From the human T2T-CHM13v2.0 reference genome, Homo sapiens, in NCBI RefSeq assembly GCF_009914755.1, contig NC_060937.1: 64,000 nt of DNA. One strand, 5' to 3'. Position numbers and translations under genes: made by a program. Shown piece after piece: positions 39,870 to 52,175 of the stretch. Under the pieces are notes generated by a model. It was not told the origin of the DNA. It made no database searches and saw only the letters and a program-made list of their open reading frames with translations. Within the stretch, counting starts at the first letter, position 1, and each line of letters begins with the position of its first letter.

Positions 39870-41930
39870 ATATTAGAGATTGAAATTATTTACATAATGT
39901 TATTTGGATATTATTTTCCTTTTTTGCTGTATGGACATTGACATTAATGTGGACAAAATAATGGTGGCATCTTACCACAAATTGAGGAAGTGTCAGCAAG
40001 TTGTACTAGTATCATTGTATCTTTTATTGCCATACACACACACATTTAAATAATAGTTTCACATATGATGGTCTTCATTGAAGCAATAATTATTAGTTTT
40101 ATTGGCACCGATACTTGAGTTTTAAAATTCTTTTGAAAAACATTGGAAGTAAAAATAAAGCACTTCTATTGAATACTGAATTACAGTGTCCCAAGGCAAA
40201 CACGTTTGTGTTAGTATGATTTGTAAGCTGAAATAGCTGTTTTTTCATATAATATATTTTATATTTAAAGGAACAACTAAAAGTCAAACTCTGGTTGTTC
40301 AGACTTGGGCGTTTGGCAGATATTTCTCAAAAATGAATCAAATGAGCCTATCACTTCATGGAAAACAGCTAGCAGTATTTGTTACTAATGATAGCATTGA
40401 GAGACAGGACTAGCTGGATTTTCTAGGCTGACTAAGAATCCCTAAACCTAGCTGGGAAGGTGACCACATCCACCTTTAAACACGGGACTTGCAACTTAGC
40501 TCACACCCAATCAGAGAGTTCACTAAAATGCTAATTAGGCAAAAACAGGAGGTAAAGAAATAGCCAATCATCTATTGCCTGAGAGCACAGCGGGAGGAAC
40601 AAGGATCAGGATATGAACCCAGGCATTCGAGCCAGCAATGGCAACCCCCTTTGGGTCCCCTCCCCTTGCATGGGAGGTCTGTTTTCACTCTATTAAATCT
40701 TGCAACTGCACTCTGGTCCGTGTTCGTTACAGCTCAAGCTGACTTCATTCTTCCAGATCTGGCAGGGTATCTGCTGTGCTTCTGATCCAGCGAGGCGCCC
40801 ATTGCCACTCCCAATTGGGCTAAAGGCTTGCCATTGTTCCTGCACAGCTAAGTGCCTGGGTTCATCCTAATCGAGCTGAACACTAGTCACTGGGTTCCAC
40901 GGTTCTCTTCCATGACCCATGGCTTCTAATAGAGCTATAACACTCACCGCATGACCCAAGATTCCATTCCTTGGACTCCATGAGGCCAAGAACCCCAGGT
41001 CAGAGAACACGAGACTTGCCACCATCTTGGAAGCGGCCTGCCACCATCTTGGAAGCGGCCTGCCACCATCTTGGAAGCGGCTCACCACCATCTTGGAAGT
41101 TCTGTGAGCAAGGACCCCCGGTAACAACATTAGAGCTTATAAGCAAAATACCATCAGCATGAAGAAGAGAAGAATCTTGGAAAATTCTTTAGAAAATCCC
41201 CCACTCTCACCTTAACGGCTTCATAATATGTAATACTTTAAAAAGGAGTTTACAGTGATATAATCAGTGATATAGTAAGTGTAATTTTTAAATCTTATGT
41301 AAAGACGTGGAAATTTAGAAAATCTGCACAATTCAGTAAACAAATATTTTCCAAATTGCAATGCATGATGTGTCTACATCCATTTAAGGTGCAAGATAGA
41401 CAATGGATTTGCATGCAACTTACTACATAAAGTTAATATAGGTGAGAATTCCAGTCACAATCACCTTAAAGTACCACTTGTTGAATTTTGTATAATGTCA
41501 AAAAATAATCTGCAATTACCTGAAAAGGTACATAAAATAGGCCTCTCTCAAATATATATTTGGTCATTAAATCTGATTTTTTGGTATTAAATCTGATTTT
41601 TAAGTATATTTTAGCCCAAAGTATATATCAGCAAATATGATGCAGAAATAGATGTTTGAAACCAACTGCCTTCTACTAATTCGGATACTAATGCATGTGC
41701 AAAATCGTGAAACTCGTTTTCACTACTTTTAATTTTGGTATCGTTATTTATATCTAAATATAAAATTTATCAAATTTATAGAAATATATAAGCATTTAAG
41801 TATTTTCCATTTTAATTTCTAATATGGTAACTACTGATAGATATAAGCCAAGTAAACAAAAGATTTATATGGTTTTCAATACATTTACAACTGTTAGGTA
41901 GTCCTGAGACCAAAATGTTTCACAACAGCT
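39870..41930. mobile_element. hAT Charlie-family DNA transposon remnant split by LTR17
   Basis: ggttgttcagacttgggcgtttggcagatatttctcaaaaatgaa (Charlie1-like transposase). End gtcctgagaccaaaatgtttcacaacagct. Confidence 0.7.
40398..41126 (+). mobile_element. LTR17 (HERV-W) solo LTR
   Basis: Begins tgagagacaggactagctggattt, ends ccccggtaaca. 4-bp TSD gcat/acat. Confidence 0.92.
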
Positions 41931-42090
41931 ATAGATTAAAGAAACATAATAAACAACAACTGTGGAAAATTGTGCTGATGTTTCCAATTTTTTACTCCTC
42001 CTTTAGCTTGCCATTTTTCATTTGCCTTTACAGTGTTCTCTTCATTGAGTGGAGCTGAATTCTTTTCTTTTTGTTTCTGAGTTTGATTAG

Positions 42091-42512
42091 GTGACTTCAC
42101 TTGGAGAATGAAAAGCTAGCAGATCTGATTAAATCAGAAGCTTACAAAAATATATTGGTGCAATTGAACTTACTCTCTTGTGAGTCTGTTACTGATGTAA
42201 GAACCTCTAGGCTAGCCTACTGGTTACCGGAGGAAAGTGAGATGCTCATGGACAAGAGCAGAGCCAAACTTACTGAGCCCAGCTTTGATGAGCTAACCTG
42301 TAAAACTGAAGAAGAATGTGCAAGCCTAGATGAAATCACTCAAAAATGAACACACTGATTTTGAGGGTGAATTGTTTTGAGGCAATAATAACTGGTAAGA
42401 GAGGCATTTTGTCAAAACACTGGACACTGTTTAGATCCTGAGTTAGAAGAAGAAAGAGGTGAAGGAAGAGGAAGATGAGACAAGATGATAATAATCAACT
42501 GAAAATTACAAG
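42091..42512 (+). pseudogene. DNHD1-like pseudo-exon, post-AAA3 WLHE..DRL motif plus acidic insert
   Basis: Pyrimidine-rich acceptor. *LHLENEKLADLIKSEAYKNILVQLNLLSCESV aligns ungapped to WLHEAQRTFCDRLDSPRERSYCAKLLLVVAQSV, followed by Glu/Asp-rich sequence as in DNHD1. Donor caag|gtaatt at 42513. Confidence 0.85.
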
Positions 42513-45500
42513 GTAATTGGACAAATTTTAATATTATTTAATGAACAATAATTATTGTTACTTTCCTAAATGTGTAAAATGTGTGTGGTCCTATTTATTG
42601 TAATATATTTATTGTTTTTAACATATCCAGTATCTAAAAATTATGGATGAAATGGTAGAAAAGGGGAGAATCAGATGAGATTATAATAGAAGCAAGTATA
42701 CCTGTGAGTTGATAAAATTGAAGTGGATGGTTAGCATATGGCGATCCACTATATTATGTTTTTCTGTTTTCGAGTATCCTTGAAAATTTCCATAATAAAT
42801 ATATAAAACAAAATTCATAGTAAGATGAGAGGAACGATAGATAGAGCACTCCACATAGATGGATTGGCTACAGAAATAGTGACATAAATGGTAGACCAGG
42901 GTAAAAGAACCCAAACTCTATTATCACGTAAGATCACACACATTCTGAAAAAGGTAGCATTTATGAGCAGAACCACAGAGACTTTGAAATCAGGAAAATA
43001 TGCACTTCTTTCCTACATTAGTTACTTACTGGCATTATGACCAAGTATTTAACTTTCTGAGTCATAGTTAACTATTTGCAAAACAAATGAATGAATAAAA
43101 TAAAATAGCACAACTAGTAGATTTTATGACGAATAGCACTTACACAAAAGTTAGAGCTATTACTATTATTCAGTCTGCTTTAATGTTTGTGACATACACA
43201 GGTAAGTTTAGCTTCCTGTAGTAATTCACTGAAAAGAAACTGTTAGATGTCATTGACTATAGCATCTGATATCAGAACTCATTGTGATCAAAATCCAACT
43301 TGCAATAAAAGAGGTAAAAGCACATCTTTACACTTTTTAGATTATATTGATAGCTAAAATTCTTATACAAATGTGCTTGATCTATGCTAATGAACAATCT
43401 TAGGGAGCAACAATGCATTTATTTTAAAATGCCTGCATTAGTTTGCATGTCTTGTTTGTAAATATCTGTTGCTGCTTCTTCCAATACTAAAATATCAATT
43501 ATTTTTTCAACTTTTGAAAGTCAGAGAACTAAATATGTACAAATAGTAGCTGGCAGAAAATACATCAAAAAGTTTCTGTTTCCTGCCACTGAATTATTCT
43601 TAAAAGCACCTCCAAATGCTCTATAAAGACATTTCAATGTATAAAGGCTTACCTTAGGTTGAACTGGAAGAGGTGAAATAATAAACAGTTAACTTTGAAT
43701 ATTTTATATTTTTGAAAGGTCAGCTTAGAGTTGGAGATTCTTTAAGACTGTTGCAAAGCTGTTTTTGACAACTTCCATGATTAAAGCAATGGGTGGAGAA
43801 ACAGTAAGAATACAAAAAAAATCTTTGAAGTGCTACTATATATTGTCCTGCCAGTGCCATATAGTTTTGTAATGCATGTTTGCTAAGTATTTAAAAATAT
43901 TCTATTTTAACACAGGGAATAAGAAAAATTAACAAGGGGAACAATAAAGAGAAAATATAAAAGTAAATATAGATAGCAAATAAGTGAATAGCTTTTGAGA
44001 CACAGGTAAATCTTATAAGGTGTGTTTATAAGTAAGAATATAGAAATTAATTTATAAGTTAAATTAGATATGGAATAAATGGAACATATGTGAGTTGAAC
44101 CAAAGTATAAAGTAATTAATTAATATTAATTATATATAGGAAGAGATGGAAGCATCACATACATTGTAATTATTCATAAAGGGCATTTTATGTCACTTCC
44201 ATATTGACAGGTATAAAATCCCGAAATTAACCACCCACTGGTGACATACACTCTGGCCCCATGTGTCCTCTGTGCCAAACACAGCAATAAAACCATAGCT
44301 GCTCATCAGGCTATCTGCAAATTACCATCGTAGCCAGATGTACTTGCATCTGCATCCCTTCTGTTGAACAAGGGTGATTTAATTTCTGACTCATTCAGAC
44401 TCTAAGGCCTCTCACTCGCTGTCTACTTGGGTCCTCAAAATCATACTATTAGTGGGGATGGCTGATGCAGCAGAAAGAGGAACAGGACACATGGGGACTA
44501 AACAGGAAGTAATTCAGTAAGTGTGGTCCTTCCGTCCTGAGTGCATTCTAAACATTTTTGCCTACCCAATATTTTTCCCTTTACTTCTTGCTCGCTTTAA
44601 ATGGATCCAAGAAACCAGGCAATTCGAATTGAATATCATTCATCTGTGATCCATTCTGTTCCCTGATATCTGGCATAGTCTGACTAGTAGTGTACTTGCC
44701 ACAATGTATATTCCATTATGAACACTTTTTTGGTCTTGAATTTGTAAATCAGTATATATATACACACACACGTATATATACATTTACGTGTGTGTGTATA
44801 TATCTGATTTGTAAATATGTATTGTATTTTATATGTTTTATATACATAAACAGTATGTTTGTATATATATATACACACATATTTTATATGGTATTTTTAA
44901 GAATATGTATTTTGTGACTAAATCTGGAATCTACTGTATTTACAGGTTATTTCTATTGAAAATTAGAGTTGAATTTTTGATTTTTAAATCAATAAAATTT
45001 GAAGCACAGCTCAATTGCATTTCTGTGCATTTTTAAAATCTTTATTAATTTTCCTTAGTAACCTATAACAGGTCTATTTTCATATGGTTTTAATATATGG
45101 TATAATGCATCATTTGTGATATTATCATTAATTTAACCTCTTCACTGTATTCAGCAGTATGGGGTAAGCATACAACTAAGATAATCATCTCTTTGAGAAA
45201 TATTGATTTTTGACTCCATTTGTATGCTGCAACACGTCTGGAGAAACCATATCGTGCATTGCATTGTATTCCTCTCAGATTAGCTGCGAGCTGTATATAC
45301 AGCCATGAACACATTTCCATTGACTTCTGTTGTAGATGGATAAACAATTTTCATTTTAGCAAGTGAAAATCCTATCAGACTAGTTGAAAAAAGGGAAGTA
45401 GTCCATACTAGAAAGGTCAGATTTTCCACATAAAAGTACAGAGGAGCTTCAAACAATAAATTTGACTAGTCACTAAGCATTGAACAACTGGTAAATTAAA

Positions 45501-46546
45501 ATTATATTAACAACTATGTTAAATATGTCAAATCAAATGAAACACATTTTTAATATTGAAGAACTCAAGTTAAAAATTATATAAAGTAAAAATCACAGTT
45601 TGATTATGATGGAGTTCATCGGATAATTTGATATATCCAGGTTATTAAAGGGTTTGTTTTATTTTAAAGCACGTATAAGCTCTTTTGCAAAATAGTCCTT
45701 CTTTTTTTTCATGTTCTGCATTAAGCCCAATAGATCTATAAAATGTCTTTATCCAGTGACGATAAGGACCATAAAACAAGCTCCATAATTGAACATTTCA
45801 TTTTACTTCAGCACCAACTAGTCTTATAAATATCACTTAGGGAGTGACATTTTTATATTTTTTCCCAATACCAAATTTTTCTTAAATCTTAATGCCTCTT
45901 TTGTGAAATATTATTTTAAATCCCATTTAAAATTATTAGATTTCTCTGATGAATATTTTAAAGATGTGTCTCATGGCACTTTTAAAATAGAAAACTAAAT
46001 AATAGAGAAAATCCCTCTCATGTCAAGAAACTAAATTTTGTATTTAATTTATTCAAACCCATTGTAATCAATGTACAATTTTATTTATATGTTTCATGTA
46101 CAATTTTAATATCAATCCACAAAAAATATACAAAACATTTTAGATGCCAAGAGCAACATGTTAAAAGTGGAATAAAGTGCAGATAAATTTAATAGCTTTA
46201 ACAATTTATTTTACATGAAACATAAAATCATTATTGCATGTTTTACATTTTTCTTTTATTAAAAATATTTTAATTAATTTTTGACAACAATAAGCATAAA
46301 ACTTTATACCATGAAGGACAGAGGTGAAAACAATATATGAAGGCCAACTTTTCATTTGATTAACTGAATTGCTGTATTAGTTTACTATGCCTGCCATCAC
46401 ATAGGTGGCTTAAGCAACAGATATTTATTTTGTCACAATTCTAGAGCATCAAAGTCCAAGATAAACCCTCACAGGGGTATTTTATTCTGAAAAAGGAAAA
46501 AATTATTGCTCCTTGGCATGTAGATGGCTGTCTTTTCCATGTTTTT

Positions 46547-47645
46547 GTGTCCAGAATTGGTGGGTTCTTGATCTCACTGACTTCAAGAATGAAGCTGTGG
46601 GCCCTCATGGTGAGTGTTACAGTTCTTAAAGATGGTGTGTCATGAGTTTGTTCCATCAGATGTTCAGATGTGTCCAGAGTTTCTTCCTTCCAGTGGGTTC
46701 ATGGTCTCACTAACTTCAGGAGTGAAGCTGCAGACCTATGCAGTGAGTGTTATGGCTCATTAAGGCAGCATGGACCCAAAGAGTGAGCAGCAGTAAGATT
46801 TATTGCAAAGAGCAAAAGAACAAAGCTTCCACAGCATGGAAGGGATCCAAGCAGGTTGTCACAGCTGGCTCAGGTGGCCTGCTTTTATTCCTTTATCTGG
46901 CCCCACCCACATCCGCTGATTGGTCCATTTTGCAGAGAGCTGATTGGTCCGTTTTACAGAGAGCTGATTGGTCTGTTTTGACAGAGTGCTGATTGGTGTG
47001 TTTACAATCCTTTAACTAGACACAGAGTGCTGATTGGTGTGTTTATAATACTTTAGCTAGACACAAAAGTTCTCCAAGTGCCCACCAGATTAGCTAGACA
47101 CAGAGTGCTGATTGGTGCGTTTACAAACCTTTAGCTAGACAGAGAGTGCTGATTGGTGCATTTACAATCCTTTAGCTAGACACAGAGTGCTGATAGGTGT
47201 GTTTATAATCCTTTAGCTAGACAGAAATGTTCTCCAAGTACCCACCCAACCCAGAAGCCCAGCTGGCTTCACCTCTCAATGGCACTTGCCATGGCAGTTT
47301 GCGGCACCTAGCCAGGGCACTCCAGCAGCCCAGAGGGAGCTTGTCCCCCAATCAAGCCCAGCATGTGCCCGCCGGCCAAACCGAGTGTGGGCCCGACAAG
47401 CCCGTGCCCTCCCAGAACCCGTGCCGGCCCAGGAGAGCCATGCACAGCCCTGGCTCCCGCCCACGCCTCTCCCTCCACACATCTGCAAGAGCAGAGGTAG
47501 CTGGCTCCAGCCTTGGCCAGCCCAGAGAGGGGCCCCCACAGTGCAGCGGCAGGATGAAGGGCTCCTCAAGAGCAGCCAGAGTGGACGCCGTGGCCGAGGA
47601 GGCGCTGAGAGCATGGGAGGGCTGCTAGCACATTGTCACCTCTCA
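46547..47645 (-). mobile_element. LTR12-family (ERV9) solo LTR
   Basis: tgtccagaattggtgggttc...gtcacctctca. Tandem gctgattggtg/tagctagacac units and a GC-rich U3. Confidence 0.92.
46880..47200 (-). promoter_or_regulatory. LTR12 promoter/enhancer: clustered CCAAT (NF-Y) boxes and AATAAAAG TATA-like box
   Basis: Seven gctgattgg copies (CCAAT on minus) plus one variant; cttttatt near 46882. ERV9 LTR promoter architecture is established. Confidence 0.7.
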
Positions 47646-48035
47646 TCTTCACATGGTCTTCCTTCTTTCACTGTCAGTGTACAAATTTCCTCTTTTCATA
47701 AGGACACCAATCATATTGAATTAGGGTCCACACTTAATCTCATGTTAATGTAATTATCTTTTTAAAATTTCTGTCTCCAAATATAGTCACGTTCTAGGGT
47801 ACTGGGATTAAGACTTTATCATGTAAATTTTGGAGGACATATTTTTGCCCATAGCAGTTTCCAATAAAGGATACCAATTTGAATAATAAAAAAGCTATTA
47901 CTGTAAATTCATTCTACTCCTTGAGCTAAAGAAATAGGCATCTCTTAAGTGTCTGCTGGGTAGACACTTCATGTACAGAATGGCCAATGCAGTTTTTTAT
48001 TCAAATCACTAAGAAGCATTGGTATACATACTTTT

Positions 48036-48086
48036 TGTATTAATCTGGGTTTTCCAGGGAAACAGAATAGAAGAAGAAGAATAAAT

Positions 48087-48132
<46 letters not shown>

Positions 48133-49200
48133 ACTGGCTCACAGCATTATGGAGGCTGAGATATCTCAAGAATTGCAGCCAGCAAGCTGAAGATCCAGAA
48201 AAGCTGATGGGACAGTTCCAGTTTGAGTCTGAGTTCAAAGGCAGAAGACCAGTAATCCAGTTAAAAGAGTCAGGCAAAGGGAGTGAATCCTTCCTTACTT
48301 ATCTTTCCTTCCTTGCTTATCTTATTCTTCCTTACAAAATGTTTTTTAGTTCTCTCCAGGTCTTCATGGTTTGGATGAGGCCCACCCAAATTGGAAAGAG
48401 CAATATTTTTTACTCAGTTTACCTATTCAACTGTTAATCTCATTTTGCAGACACCCTCACAGACATAACTGGAATAATGTTTAACAAAATACCTGGGCAC
48501 CCTGTGGCCCCATCAAGCTGACATGTAAAATTAACACTGTTTGTCTCCTGCACTATCTCCTAAAACAATTAACAGACACATTTTGTGAGTTCAAAAAGTT
48601 TTATGATTTTGAGGTCCACTGCCAGTAGAAGAAAATCTGTGCAACTTATTTGGCATAGATTTCATTTCAGTTCAGTGACCATGTCCCAGTATGAGTCTCC
48701 CACAGGAGATTTGTAGTTTGCATTTAGAGTCTCAAAGACATTTATTTTGCTTCTACACAGCCAAGTGGCCAAAATAGCAATTGATCTTGTAGTAGGTCAA
48801 TCGTGTGTTAAACACTCCCTATAGCCAAAAGCTGTTCTACTCCAGGGTCATTTTTCACTTAATCTACTGCTGGTCCCCAATCGGTGGCCTTCTTCATTTA
48901 CTCAAATGGCTTTCAGTCTCTTCTATTAAAACACACTTAAGATTCCTTAGTAATCTTTCAGTCATAAAGAGAATCTAGTTCTGAAAAGTTAATGCAGCCA
49001 ACAGATCATCAATTCTTTTTGAGCAAGGTAATGTGTCCCTTGGAGGTTGTGATGACCATTGGGTGCAATGGCTAATCCATTATTACCTTTCCTGTATTTT
49101 GTCTTCATCCCAAAGGGACTAACTCCTATACCGGGGAGGTTCAGCTGGCCCTGATTGTTAGACTCACCCCCAGAAGGCTGGCCCAACCCTAGAAATCACA
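48036..49200 (-). mobile_element. MLT2 LTR with (GATA)n (48086-48131) plus adjacent ERVL internal fragment
   Basis: tgtattaatctgggttttccag...gaactggctcacagcattatggaggctgag...taaaattaac, followed by ERVL-like internal sequence. Confidence 0.8.
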
Positions 49201-49678
49201 CATGGATTCCTTTCGCTTTTTCCAGAATTCTCTAAGCAAGAAACAGTGGAATTATTTAGGCTACCATCAATAATATAAGGAATCAAGATAAATTTCTTAA
49301 AGTATAAAAAGTAAAATAGTTGAAATGCCAAATAAAGTAGGATAAAATGGAATTCACTAAGTTAAAGAAAACTAAAAACAGAGCACGCTTTGATAAAATT
49401 GTATTTATGCAATTTATCAGATTTATATCATTCCTTTATAGCCTTAGTTGTATTCCTTATATGATTTCTTATGGCTTTCATTTAATGTTAAATTTAATAA
49501 TTCTTGAAATATTTGTAATTTCTATAGCATATCATTAATATGACAGCAATACTTATGGCATATAGCGTTACACAAATGTCTGTAGAGAATTTATTGTTAA
49601 ACATAATTTTCTTGATACAGCTAAAAAAAAAAACTTCACTCCTGTAGATGACTCATAAATATTTAAAATACTTTCTAG

Positions 49679-49999
49679 CCAGCATTTAGAATACTAACAC
49701 TAACACAAATTATTGAAAAGTATAAACAACCATCACTTTAGCCAAGTGCTCATACTTTTACTTGCAAAAGAATGCATGGTCATGATTTGTTTTGCCTGCT
49801 TTCCATACAGAAGAAAGTTTGCTAATAAGCATTTTAAAAGATCAGATAGCAGAAAACTAGATGTAGAAGAAAAAAATGAGTCACAGATATCTGAAACTGA
49901 ATAAACAGTCTTTGTAGAGTAATAGTTAACCATGTTAAAATAACAAAGCAATTTCATAGATGAAATTATAGCTATGCATAGCAAAATATCATTTTTATG
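49679..49999 (+). pseudogene. DNHD1-like pseudo-exon, pre-AAA4
   Basis: VLILLLAKECMVMICF...SETE*TVFVE**LTMLK*Q vs PVLLLHPQEKPSDLVF...SETPNLYLERQWEKLEEQ. Donor gtaaag at 50000. Confidence 0.75.
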
Positions 50000-50171
50000 G
50001 TAAAGAGGACAGATTAATTTTATTGTTTACCTGAGATGGGCTTGTGTAAAAAAAGAAAAATCATAGGCATATTTTATCATCTGAAATTTCTTTGTAATGC
50101 TTTTAATATTGTCAAAGAATATTTATTTTTGGAAAAAATTACTTCATGTACTTTTTGATTATTTTTAACAG

Positions 50172-52175
50172 AAAGTTACAGTTTGATTTTAAGCAGGTGT
50201 GACTTTCTAAAATCAGCTTTTATTATAGATGTTTGGCCCACTTTGTTTCTAAAATATGTCATTTCTGAATTCACCTTTGTTACTTAAAATCCATGTTTTT
50301 CACTCATTAGTTGAAATCTATTTTTCTATATCCTTTTTATGTAAAGATCTCCAACTCTGTGTGATTGTGATTTGCTACATCAGGAACAAGGAAGTAACCT
50401 ATAACTAGATAGGTTTACAGTGTATTAATTCAAAATGCTTAATATCTGGAATGGGCCAAAAACATAGACTTGGAAGCATTCTCCATCCAGGAATCTTCAG
50501 TGGAGATGAAATTAAATAATTCTTGAGGAGCTTGTATTATTTTCAGATTGAAGAAATCCTGTATTATTGAATAAGTGTTAAGCAATAGATTCAAATCTAC
50601 ACTTACCAAGAACTGGTTGTGTTTCATGCACATGTTGAGTTAATTTGCATTATTTATCCCATTTAATATTTACAACAGCACTATGAAATTTTTTTATCTT
50701 ATTAAGAGAATTACTAGTATGGTATGGATTTGGTTTATTTTTTAAGGAGAGTGTGGATTCATGGGCTCACTTTATTCATATTTTAGTTTGTACCTATGTC
50801 TCTTTTTTCTCTATAATTCTATGAATCACCCCTTTTCATTTTAATAATTTCATATATTCTTAAATCATCAAAGTTTAAATCATTTCCTTATAAATAAAAT
50901 CCTTACATCCAGTCACCAGTCATAAATGAAGCTGATTAAGAAACTTGCCAAAAATATAAATCAACACTATTCTTTCTTCATCAAGCAAGTAAGAATAAAA
51001 ACAAAACAAAATAGCAGCTGAATTCAACACAATACTTCATAAACTGCAGAATAAATACTATATTAAACTTTGGATTATTGTCTTTATCACATGATTAATG
51101 AGAATATGATCATTAATAGCTATTATCACATGCTTAGGTGCAATGGTTATCAAGGTGGAAATTTCTGGAATTAACATTTTGCATAATAAGAAATAAATTT
51201 GGTACCAATTTAGAGGTCTGAATTGAACCCCTAGATTAGCTTATTTGTCTGAAAATATTCAATAATTCATTTATAACCTCCTCATGGGAGAAATACAAAA
51301 TTATTTCCTGTGGCAGATAAGATCAAAAGGCAAAAATTAGACATTTGTAAGAATAGAGTTTCTTTGTATTTTTATTACATTATTAAGAGATGATCTGACT
51401 GGACACTGTGCCTTTTGTCTGTAATCCCACACTTTCGGAAGTCAAGGTGGGAGGATCACTTGAGCCCACAAGTTCAAGACAAGCCTGGGTAACAAAGTGG
51501 GGCCTGGTCTTTACAAAAAAAAAAAAAAATCAAAAAAATAGCTGGAACATACTTGTGGTGTGCACCTGTAGTCCCAGCTACTCATGAGGCTGAGGCAAGC
51601 AAGAGAATCACTTAAGCCCAGGAGGTGGAGGCTGCAATAAGCCATATTTGAGCCACTGCACTCCAGCCTGAGCGACAGAGCAAGACCTTGTCAAAAAAAA
51701 AAAAAAAGAGGGGAAGTAGTGGCTAGGTGTGTTGGCTCATACCTGTAATCTCAGCACTTAGGGAGGCTGAGGCAGGAGGATCACTTGCACCCAGGAGACC
51801 AGCCTGGGCAACACAGTGAGACTATGTCACTACAAAAGTTACAAAAAAAAAAAAGGCAAGGCGTGGTGGCCCACCTGTAGCTCCAGCTACTCCAGTGGCT
51901 GAGCTACTTAGGAGGCTAATGTGGAAGGATCAACTAAGCCCTTTTGGCAAAGGCTGCAGCAAGCTGTTATCACAGAGCTCTACTCCTGCCTGAGCAACAG
52001 AGTGAAACCCTGTCAGGAAAGAAAAAAAGAGAGAGAGAGAGATGATCTGTAATTTGGTCATAATAATCAAGAAGTAAATGGAATTATGAATCCTAAAACT
52101 TTAATGTAATATCTTGAATTGTCAATGTAAGAACATACCTGCATGTTGGAAATTTAGAAATGAGAATCACCACAG
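50172..52175 (+). pseudogene. DNHD1-like pseudo-exon(s), AAA4 and stalk (two AluJ inserted)
   Basis: Acceptor tttttaacag. LAHFVSKICH, LQCINSKCLISGM, PGIFSGDEIK (50487), VLSNRFKSTL, SVDSWAHFIH...ITPFHFNNFI (VTPKTFLDFL), ILY*TLDYC..ENMI, WEKYKIISC, LLHY*EMIC. Confidence 0.88.
51398..52037 (+). mobile_element. Tandem AluJ pair inserted in pseudo-exon
   Basis: Two J-type Alus (51398-51707, 51721-52030). Outer TSD agagatgatctg on both sides. Confidence 0.88.

Larger units (their letters stand above)
32402..45326 (-). pseudogene. Putative second decayed multi-exon gene (EGF-like repeats, possible TM helix, long tail) antisense to the dynein relic
   Basis: Minus-strand exon candidates with AG/GT: 45326-45174, 44360-44250, 43882-43653 (CFSTHCFNHGSC), 43298-43198, 42944-~42800, 39513-39380, 39013-38897, 34705-34573, 34038-33967, 32658-32402. 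The last five are phase-compatible. Confidence 0.45.
46373..47855 (-). mobile_element. MLT1 (MaLR) LTR split by LTR12
   Basis: tgtattagtttactatgcctgcc... (46373-46546) continues tcttcacatggtc...gcccatagca (47646-47855). Confidence 0.8.

Noticed and set aside
42101-42349. Acidic ORF first taken for a Tigger transposase tail
   Set aside because: Flanked by splice sites and aligns in order with the dynein WLHE..DRL motif; no TIRs.
46900-47225. Regularly spaced repeats resembling a CRISPR-like array
   Set aside because: Known LTR12 tandem enhancer units in eukaryotic DNA; no unique spacers or cas genes.
47227-47753. Overlapping 112-155 aa ORFs / CpG-rich patch
   Set aside because: GC-rich U3 of LTR12; chance open frames.
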